Part shown: positions 12,801 to 21,000 of the stretch, in pieces | Layout: each line of letters begins with the position of its first letter | Position numbering within the stretch: position 1 is the stretch's first letter | Assembly: GCA_964016885.1 (NCBI GenBank) | Contig: OZ024745.1 | Span: 9,176,001 to 9,240,000, forward strand | Source of the DNA: Eledone cirrhosa | Lineage: Eukaryota | DNA: 64,000 nucleotides | Reading direction: 5' to 3' | The notes under the pieces: generated by a model | What the model was told of the DNA's origin: nothing | The model's database searches: none | What the model saw: only the letters and a program-made list of their open reading frames with translations | Translations under genes and position numbers: made by a program

Positions 12801-15766
12801 CAGCACTCACTGTAAATGAGGTTGGGGTTAGGAAGGGCATCCAGCTGTAGAAATCAAGCCAGAATCAGTTCCGTCCCACCCTTGCAAGCAGGGAAAAGTG
12901 GACGTAAAATGATGATGATGATGATGATGTATGCATTTTTAACTGTTGGTCAACATTGATTGCCAGATAAATTCACTATGGAGATATAAAAAATACAGAA
13001 GCGAAAACCAATCCAAACCAAACAGTGAGTGTGTTTTATTATTTCTGGCAATATTATAACAATATGACCCTCCCCAAGTATAACAATATTTGTTTCAACA
13101 CACGATTTCATATCAAAAACCTTGTTAAACAAAAAGGAATATCACTTAGATGTGCTCCAAGTTACAAGTGGGTCCCATGTTGAAGTTCACTGAAGTTCAT
13201 GAAAAATAACTTCTGGACATGATATAACTGTGCCAAAACTGTTTTTCTATCTTGTTTATGTTTTGCTTAATAAAGGTTTATAATGAGGGAAATGCTCACA
13301 CTGTATAATGGGATCTTTGGTAGACTAACAGAGAAGCAGAACAAAATAGCACGAGTAGCCACAAACTAAAGATGAATTGCTGATCAGAGGAAAATGGTAA
13401 GTTTTCTTATATATGTGACTTAATATTGAAGAGCATAGAGGATTAATAAGATCAGCGACTTGTGTTATCATTTTACACAGCAAAGATTTTTCTCTCACCA
13501 TATGAGAGGTGCATTGTATTATAAGTGATATGTTAACAATTAAAATATAAGCCAATGGTAGGATCAAATGTATTGATTGATGAATGTAGAAGTGATTTTG
13601 TTTCTATAAATATGTAAGATAAATGAATGATACGTATCAAAGAAAAAAAGTAATATCTAGTTAAAATGTCTAAAATATTCTGTTCTGAAGTGCATTTAAC
13701 TAAATGTCCTGTACAGTATACAACCACATCAGCAAAACATTCTTGTAAAGGACAAAACAGCACTATGATTAGATTATTCCAAATGTTCAGTGATCTGTTC
13801 AGTAATTAAGATTCTATAAACATTTGAATTAACAAACCCATGTTTAGATATCTCCTGCTAAATTATTTCAGGATGTTAATAAGCGATAAAAAATACTAGT
13901 TTTTTAATAAGATTTTAAGATTTAATAAGTAAAAATTCATTCTACAGTAAGTTTGTTTATACTCGTCTCCATGACGGAGGGGGGGGGGGGTAAACAAATT
14001 TTTTATTTCTTGTTTGTTTCTGTTTTTTAAGGGTATAAATTGATAGGTTTGGTTAGAATTTTGAAGAGGAATTTTATGTTTCTCTTGTGATTTTTTAATG
14101 TTTAGAATGAATACGGCCTTCAAAACCGTTGTAAATTATTCATCTTCTCTGTGTGTGTGTCCAGAACTCCACAGCACCTGTCTTGGAGACGGGTGTAATA
14201 ATAATAATTTACCCAATCTATTAATGCTAACATCTTTCCACCACAAAACATATCATATAAGAATGATATATAAAATATGTAAGGTAAAATGTCCAACCAG
14301 TGGCTAATAGAAGGAACTCGGATCTATTTCGCCAACTATGTAGAATTTGCTTTTGAAACAGGTAAAAGATAAGTCCTACTTAAGGTAAAATGAAAAAAGG
14401 GAACCATTTTCCATAGATTACAACATATTCGAGACGTTTGGGGGAGTCGGGCCGCTAACTGCGAGATTCCTCTCTTCACTGGCGGCTCGCCTAACAGAGG
14501 TAACTGGCGAATCTTGCGAGGGCGCTTGGCTGTTCCAGCACCTCAGCCTCGCCATCACCCGAGGTAACACTGCCAGTGCGCTGGCTTGCCTAAAAAAAAT
14601 CATTAGAGAGGTTGCCCAGTACCCCTGGCTGCTGTCTTTTGCTCTGGTGTTGGCTCCGTTGTTCACCCCTTCCTTTATAATTTCTTTAATATTGCAACAT
14701 TAAAAGAATATATCTTTCTGAAAGAATCGCGAGCAATTTATAATGTTGTCTAAGCATGTGTAATGTTATTTATGTATATATTTAAAACATATTTGTTATG
14801 TTATTCTACTGTAAATTTATTTATATGCTCTGTTTATATTTTCATTCTGAAAGAATTGCAAACGATTTGTAATGTATTTATAATTGTAATTAACGTTTAT
14901 CTATTTAATTCGTTTGTTTAAAACTGTTTCCCTCTGTTGTAAATATTAATCGGGGTGTCTCCTTAACCAACATAATCGATAGCTCATCGATACGGTGAAT
15001 TTATGAGACAGTGACAGTGAAATTTGAAACAAGAATCATATTAAAACTGATTAGTTAGTATATCAATAAAAACAAATATTTATTTAATTTACAAGAAACA
15101 AATAATTGTTTCTACTTTAGGCACAAGGCCAGCAATTAACCAGTGCATTACTGGTACTTTATTTTATCGACCCCGTAAGGATGAAAGGCAAAGTTAACCT
15201 CGGCGGGATTTGAACTCTACAAGAAACAAATAATGTTTACTGAGGAGTTAAAAGTATATTATTGTTTATAATATAACAACAATGTTTTATATGAAGTTAA
15301 GAAAATCAATTAATATATCTCAGGAAATATGTGGGTACTAAAACATGGGTATGTGGTTTATTTAAAAGAACGATTGTAGTGAAACTTGTCTGTTCTTGAA
15401 TAATTGAAGGAACGACGACAACTTTCCAACTTTCTGGAGATTGTCAAATATTTCCAATAAAACTTACTGGGAGTTTAACAGTCATTTCCTATATGTTATA
15501 TTTAAAATAAACTTATATAGTAATATTATTTTAATATATAAAAGCCATTAAGCTATGTATAGTATGGAGATATATTACTATAGAGATATAAAATAACAAT
15601 TAAGGAAACGAGATCAGACTTGATTAAACTACAAATGGATCCGTCAATCAACTTTCAACAGTTTAACCGACGAAGAAACGATTAAAATAATATAAAATAC
15701 AACATTTCAAATAAAGATATTACCTGACAGTATGGAAACAACGATCAGATACTTTTCTTCTGGCAT
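750..15766 (-). CDS. CEP120: Centrosomal protein 120 (N-terminal C2A/C2B region), multi-exon, 3' part beyond the left edge
   Basis: Exons 15724-15766, 8888-9156, 8179-8299, 6829-6956, 5445-5642, 2560-2679 and 750-833 join in frame with GT-AG sites. Protein: [44 protein letters not shown]...ELAWQLSKKGLQQHRLHR...KWYPL...FYYSLFGNDV...DLINPKFVPERASVKIRS...LLKPGSTEI...IGISVAL. This is collinear with the vertebrate CEP120 N-terminus as I recall it. Confidence 0.93.
1785..1925. repeat. 37-bp minisatellite, ~4 copies
   Basis: AGTTATGATAGTTACAGAACTAATTAGTAACAGAATT repeated. Confidence 0.85.
1925..2520 (+). mobile_element. Old, heavily degraded RTE-type LINE RT fragment
   Basis: Broken frames read [27 protein letters not shown] and GCP, and align to the RT of the element at 19512-22610. 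Confidence 0.75.
2560..2679 (-). CDS. CEP120: CEP120 coding exon 6 (VHFCCEDISFGHCEVPLNTLLKPGSTEIFMRPVVLEGDYS)
   Basis: Acceptor tttcag, donor gtgag, 120 nt; lies within ORF 2344..2694. Confidence 0.9.
3115..4688 (-). mobile_element. 5'-truncated RTE-clade LINE (RT, PHD insert, C-terminus), nested in a SINE
   Basis: ORF 4207..4542 ([28 protein letters not shown]); (TGA)n tail at ~3115; closely similar to 19512-21100. Confidence 0.92.
5445..5642 (-). CDS. CEP120: CEP120 coding exon 5 (LIPGTIPP...FYYSLFGNDV...ERASVKIRS...QPGIQ)
   Basis: Acceptor gaaag, donor gtaag, 198 nt; ORF 5412..5642. Confidence 0.9.
6829..6956 (-). CDS. CEP120: CEP120 coding exon 4 (..LRPVLDETCSFYQIGPVDRCQDTFILAVTIVYASNLAL)
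   Basis: Acceptor ttgcag, donor gtaag, 128 nt, phase 1/0. Confidence 0.88.
8179..8299 (-). CDS. CEP120: CEP120 coding exon 3 (TSKWYPLFHSKYVKSKPELQLGLYLDHD...)
   Basis: Acceptor poly-T tcag. Donor gtattg was chosen for phase-1 compatibility, so the 3' boundary is less certain. Confidence 0.8.
8888..9156 (-). CDS. CEP120: CEP120 coding exon 2 (C2A domain)
   Basis: Acceptor tatcag, donor gtttgg, 269 nt; [21 protein letters not shown]...VGYVVLDVRSATMKQ. Confidence 0.93.
9408..9615 (-). mobile_element. 3' UTR fragment of the second RTE family
   Basis: (CAT)n GTTTAACGTCTATCTTCCACGCTAGCATGGG..., matching the end of the 38497 element. Further fragments lie at 28986-29620, 31990-32230 and ~60892-60990. 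Confidence 0.75.
12022..12650 (-). mobile_element. 3' fragment of the second RTE family
   Basis: Near-identical to 38497-39100; encodes [26 protein letters not shown]. Confidence 0.85.
12665..12928 (+). mobile_element. SINE body with RTE-derived 3' tail (tRNA head missing)
   Basis: Matches 30745-30996; ends CCCACCCTTGCAAGCAGGGAAAAGTGGACGTAAAA(TGA)n. Confidence 0.85.
14420..14680 (+). mobile_element. 3' remnant of a CRE-like (RLE endonuclease) non-LTR retrotransposon
   Basis: Translates FETFGGVGPLTARFLSSLAARLTEVTGESCEGAWLFQHLSLAITRGNTASALAC, fitting the ETxG...QRLSLAIQRGNAAS C-terminal consensus of CRE-like elements. GC-rich island. Confidence 0.75.
15104..15217 (-). mobile_element. 5'-truncated tRNA-derived SINE with 17-bp TSD
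   Basis: Flanked by the direct repeat TACAAGAAACAAATAAT; body matches 19236-19423. Confidence 0.85.
15724..15766 (-). CDS. CEP120: CEP120 coding exon 1 ([15 protein letters not shown])
   Basis: ATG at 15766, donor CAG|gtaata. Phase 1 fits exon 2, and LIVVSIL-G is the conserved CEP120 start. Confidence 0.85.
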
Positions 15767-15834
15767 ATCTGTGTTGGTTTTAGAACAAACAAACAAAACA
15801 CAAAGCCATAAATGTAAGACGATGTTTGAAAACA

Positions 15835-15884
15835 GCCGCCATTCAATAACGAATATGGAGGCTCATATCTTAATACGCATGCGC
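15835..15884. promoter_or_regulatory. Putative CEP120 core promoter motifs
   Basis: YY1-like GCCGCCATT (15835-15843) and NRF1-like CGCATGCGC (15876-15884), 70-120 nt upstream of the ATG in a CpG-richer patch. Confidence 0.45.
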
Positions 15885-16184
15885 CGTTAGCAGACTCGGA
15901 TTCCATCAAACTTTCTTCGTTTCACTTCATGTTGTTGGACCTCCGTCGGTTCCGACTATGACAACTCCAGTTGTATGATCAACAGAAAAGCCTGCTCGTG
16001 AAATTAACGTCCAAGTGGTTAACCTTGAATTTATGGATACTGCTTATTTCTTCTCTTATTCGTCACGCAGAGAAAATAGCAAATGCATTTCCGCGGACAA
16101 TGGCCAGCGACACCTACTGCATCAGCCAACCCATCTCGCAGGGCTCCTTCCTCAAACGGGTTGTTGTCATTTCGATATCTATTT

Positions 16185-16625
16185 AATATCTATGTCTCAA
16201 TTCTTCTCTCTTTTCCTGGAAGAAATTGGGTAAATTTATAAAAGAACACCCCTCTCGATTTCAGAGGAAAATAATTTTTTTTTTTTTTTTTTCTTGTGCT
16301 ATCAATTAATATGACCTGCGAACATGTCCCAAAAGACTTTGTTTTCCTCTGAAAACGGAAAGGAAATGAGGGAGACCCTCAGATTTAATGTACGGTTAAC
16401 TAAAAAAAAAGAATAACATGAAACAAAAAAAAAACAATAAAGAAAACTCCGTTTTCCGGGGGAAAAGTATTTTGTGACATGTTCGGGGGTTATATTAATT
16501 GATAGCACACGAGCCAAAAAAAAAAGGAAAGATAATTATTTTTCACAGAAATCGAGAGGAGTGTTTTTTTGTTAATTTACCCGATTTCCTCCAGAGAAGG
16601 AGAGACGGGATGGGAAATAGATATA
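16185..16625. mobile_element. Fold-back / MITE-like element with ~155-170 bp imperfect inverted arms
   Basis: 16205-16359 pairs with the reverse complement of 16448-16605, e.g. CCTCTCGATTTC/GAAATCGAGAGG and GTGCTATCAATTAATAT/ATATTAATTGATAGCAC. Confidence 0.8.
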
Positions 16626-16690
16626 AAAGAAGAATCGATCCCAGTACAGGACTGGTACTTTATTTATCGACCTTTCTACAAATGTTAGTG

Positions 16691-16790
16691 TACGAGGGTC
16701 GGCTAAAAAATTCATAGGCTGACTACGGAGGAGTGATGCTAGAGCAGGGAAATCTGCATGCATTTTATTTATTTATTCAAAAATAGAAAT
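16691..16790 (+). mobile_element. Possible mariner-type TIR remnant
   Basis: TA|CGAGGGTCGGCTAAAAA resembles mariner termini; no partner end found. Confidence 0.3.
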
Positions 16791-16892
16791 TTTATTCACA
16801 GTTGTATAAAAATTGTTCACAATTTTTTCAGACTGAAAATATAAACACATATGATAAATACAATTAACTATTGCTAGAAACCTTACAAATAT

Positions 16893-17080
16893 AATTGTTT
16901 CTACTTTTGGCACAAGGCCAGCAATTATCCAGTGTATTACTGGTACTTTATTTTATCGACCCCGCAAGGATGAAAGACAAAGTTAACCTCGGCGGGATTT
17001 GAACTCAGACCATAAAGGACCGTAACTCTTTGCTGCAAACCATGGTGTCCGACCTTCTACCGATACTGCCAATCTACCGC
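16893..17080 (-). mobile_element. Full-length tRNA-derived SINE with long TSD
   Basis: Direct repeat CCTTACAAATATAATTGTTTC at 16881-16901 and 17081-17101; B-box GAGTTCAAATCCC on the - strand. Confidence 0.88.
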
Positions 17081-17159
17081 CCTTACAAATATAATTGTTT
17101 CACTTATACGACCATCAATTCACCACCAAGTGCGACGACAATCGGCCGCATATCACAAA

Positions 17160-17775
17160 AGTCAACGCAATATTTCGAGGCAAGCCAATACGTTTGCAGT
17201 ATTACTACGAGTGATGGTGAGGGTAAGGCACTGAAAAAACCAGGCACCCTCACGGGCATCACATGACACCTAAGTAAGGCGAGCCGCCAACGATGACAAG
17301 AACTTCCTTGTCAGCGGTCCAACTCCACCAAATGTCTCGAACGTCACAGCCAGGAAAAAATAATTGTTTGATAGTGCCCGGTATTTTCGGATTTTATTAT
17401 GTCCGGCAAGGAAGCAGTGACCCTCACATTTATTGCAACATCCATGATGTAGGAGCGGGCAAAAAAGTCACTGACTGTGGTGTCCCATATGAGAAACCTG
17501 CCTCTTCCCATTACTTCTGGATAATGCAGCCGGCTCCAGAACTGAAGGGATATTTACTCGAGCTAGGGCCCGCTTAATGATCAGCATTAGCTCGGTGTGG
17601 ACAAACCATGGAGACCTGTGGAGTCGAGGGACCTACCCCAACAGACATCGGTTTTCTCTTGAAGTGCAATGGAGATGCGGAGTTCGTCCTGACCGAGAAA
17701 TCATCAATGTTGGTCACAAGCAGGGCATCAATCCAGTTCCCCGAGAACTTTGCACTTGCATATATTAATTTCAAC
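17160..17775 (-). mobile_element. Degenerate CRE-like non-LTR retrotransposon 3' region (RLE endonuclease)
   Basis: Broken frames read SAKFSGNWIDAL, HTELMLIIKRALARVNIPSVLEPAALSRSNGKR, GRFLIWDTTVSD, KIRKYRALSNNYFFLAVTFETFGGVGP and GAWFFQCLTLTITRSNTANVL. Confidence 0.8.
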
Positions 17776-18040
17776 TCTCCTTATAACTTAATAAATTTCT
17801 TTCTGGCGACTATGTTGAAAAATAAACCTCATTTGGTTATTCCATGAGAGTATCTTGGTCAGTCTAAGAAGTTTTCAGCTGACCTTTGTATATATTATAT
17901 GTAAGAATAAAAACACCGTAAAAATTTTCCACCAATGAATGTGCGAGTTTGTCGTTTCTGCTGAAATACCTGGTCGATATTACACATGTGCTGTTTACTG
18001 TGTTAGAGGACACTTTAATACCGGCTGCTTACAGTTAATT

Positions 18041-18099
18041 ATGGCCGCAATTAGTTTCATATCACATTTATCCAGAAGGACGGTCCATTACTGCAGAAG
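18041..18099 (+). CDS. MRPL12: MRPL12 exon 1 (mitochondrial targeting peptide)
   Basis: ATG GCC in good context, donor AG|gtatat. Phase 2 matches exon 2. Sequence is Arg/Ser-rich and lacks acidic residues. Confidence 0.75.
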
Positions 18100-21000
18100 G
18101 TATATTTATTGTAAACTTCATTCCTAATTATTTCACATCTTTTGTAAAATAGTAATTGAAATCACATAAGATACGATGCCAATAAGGTCAACACACGCAC
18201 TTCCCAGTTAGATATTTACACACACATATATGTATATATAAATATATATATACGTATACATATATAAGTGACTAAGTCTACGATCTATTTAAATGAAGGC
18301 TACGTTAAAGTTGTTTTCTTTGCCCATCATCTTTCCGGTGTCAATAAAATACCAGTCAAATACTGGAATCGATTTAATCAACTTTTCCATCCTCCCTTCA
18401 GAATTGCTGGCCTTGTACCTAAGTTAGAACTCATTAAGCTACTTTTACTTAAATCGATTTCTATAGGTAACCGAAGCCTCTTTTCTATTTCTAAACTTGT
18501 GACCCTTCGATAAATCTCCCCGCAATGTATTGGCAACGTTTGGTGCGATGTAAATTGACTGCCAACTAGCTTCTTTTTTTTTCTGTATTTTATATACACA
18601 TATGTGGTGGGAAGACTTCTTTATCCTTCATTCTTTAACGCTTTACACTCCCTAACAGATTGTCTCCTTTTCCTGAAGGTCATATTGTGTTCTACGGGTC
18701 ACACCCCATGGACATCCACTTTATCATCCCTAAATCTGAAGTCCTATATATTGCTCATATCATATAAATGCTGCTTCCTGCCAAATCACCGAATTTAAAC
18801 TACTGTTTTGTCTCACTCTTTAATGATTCTACCAATAAATCGCCATAGCTAAAATTGAGTAAAATACGAATGATTTGAAGAATATTCTAGTTTATCCAAT
18901 ATACCATGTTAACCACCTATGTTATTCCTTCTGATATCTGTTCCGACACCCAACCCCTCTCACCATGTCATCATAGGAACACACAGGAAGTCTATGCACC
19001 CTTATAAGAAAGAATTGAAACCTGCACAGGTCATAAGAATGCAATGACTTCATCTCTGAGTATAAATTATTGATTGTCAAGCAATAATGTGTAAATACTT
19101 CAAAACAGTGGCCCCAGTTTCTATTAGTCCTCCTTAAACCCCTATTGCTTCTTCTTCTACTTACTAAACACCAACTAATACTTTCTTCCTAAAACTGCAA
19201 TTATTTACAATTTTTCTCCCTAACCATATTTTCCCTCCCGTGGTTTGGCAGTGTCGGTAGAGGGTCGGACGCCATGCTTTCCAGCATAGTTACGTCCCTT
19301 TACGATCTGAGTTCAAATCCCGCCGAGGTTGACTTTGCCTTTCATCCTTACGGGGTCGATAAAATAAAGTACCAGTAATGCACTGGGTAATTGCTGGCCT
19401 TGTGCCAAAAGTAGAAACAATTATTGACCTACAGATGTACAAACAGAATATCAACTACATCAGTTTCACCAGTCTAGTGGGGTACGAGGAGTTACAAATG
19501 TCACTGGTAATCATCATCGTCGTCATTTTACGTCCGCGTTTCCCTGCTTGCAAGGGTGGGACGGGTCTTATTCAGCACAGCATCTCTCCACTTGTCACGG
19601 TCCTTCGTCATCACCGTGAGCTTCAGCGATCTGAGGTCTGTTATCACGACCTCCACCCATGTTTTTCGTGGTCTACCTCTACCACGTCTTCCTTCAACTG
19701 GCATTTCCTGGCACTTCTTCACCCATTGGTAATCCTCCATACGCATCACATGTCCATACCACCTCAGTCTCCTCTCTCGAACACTACATTCTATCCCTCT
19801 CAGACACAGTTTCTCTCTCAACACATTCATGCTGGGTCGTTCACGCATATTGACATTGTACATCCGACGGAGCATGCTTGCCTCATTTCTCTCCAGCTGT
19901 TGCATATCCTCTGCAGTTGCTGCCCATGTCTCACTACCATGCAGCATCGCGCTCCTCACACAGGCATCATATAACCGGCCTTTCGTATGCAGGGAGAAAC
20001 TCTTCTTCGTCAGCAGAGGAAGCAGCTCCCTAAACTTCTTGCAACCCGTCCTTATTCTAGATACTATGGCCTCGGACAACCCCCCCCCCCCCCCCCATGC
20101 TAATCTAATCTCCTAGGTATCGGAAGCTATCCACCACTTCTATAGCACCCGCCTGCATTTGAAAAATATGTCTATCTATGCGACTTCTACTGTCTAATTT
20201 CCCTGTACATCTACTGCATACAAATTTCTCCCTACCTGTTAGTTTGCCTGCTATCCCACTACATCTCTTGTGTACTCAGGATCTGCATTGTGTGCATTTT
20301 ATAGAATTTATGCCAGTTCCTTTTCTGCATATCGAACATGACCATTTCCCTGACGGAATCAGTTTTGCCCTCTTTTCTACTCATCAACACTTTTGTCTTA
20401 GCTAGGTTCACTCTCAGTCCTCTTGCTTCCAACTGCTGTTTCCATAGCCAGAATTTATTCTCTAGCTCCTGTACTGATTCTGCTATAAGAACCAGATTGT
20501 CAGCATAGAGAAGTTCCCATGGACAGCCAGTCTTAAACTCCTCTGTTATGGCTTGGAGCACTATAATGAACAAGAGCGGGCTGAGGACCGAACCTTGATG
20601 TACTCCTACTTGTATCTGGAATTCCTCACTAAACTCCATTCCTACCCTGACTTTACTGACAGCACCTTTGAACAAACTTTGCACTGTCCTCACAAGCCAT
20701 TCCTCAACACCTAGTTTCCTTAGGGACCACCAGATGACAGATCGGGGTACCCTATCAAAGGCCTTCTCTAGGTCAACAAAGGCTAAGTATAGTGGCTTAT
20801 TCTTCTCTAAAAACCTCTCTTGTAATTGTCTCACCAAGAAGAGGGCATCTGTTGTACTTTTCCCAGGCACAAAACCAAACTGCATCTCATCTAGTTTGAC
20901 CCTTTCTCTAATTAGTTGTGCTAATATCCTTTCTGCCACTTTCATAACCTGATCCATCAGTTTTATGCCCCTATAATAGCTCCTCTCCAGAGCATCCCCT

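Noticed and set aside
17574-17847. Small GC-rich ORFs as a novel gene between CEP120 and MRPL12
   Set aside because: Explained as frameshifted remnants of a CRE-like retrotransposon.
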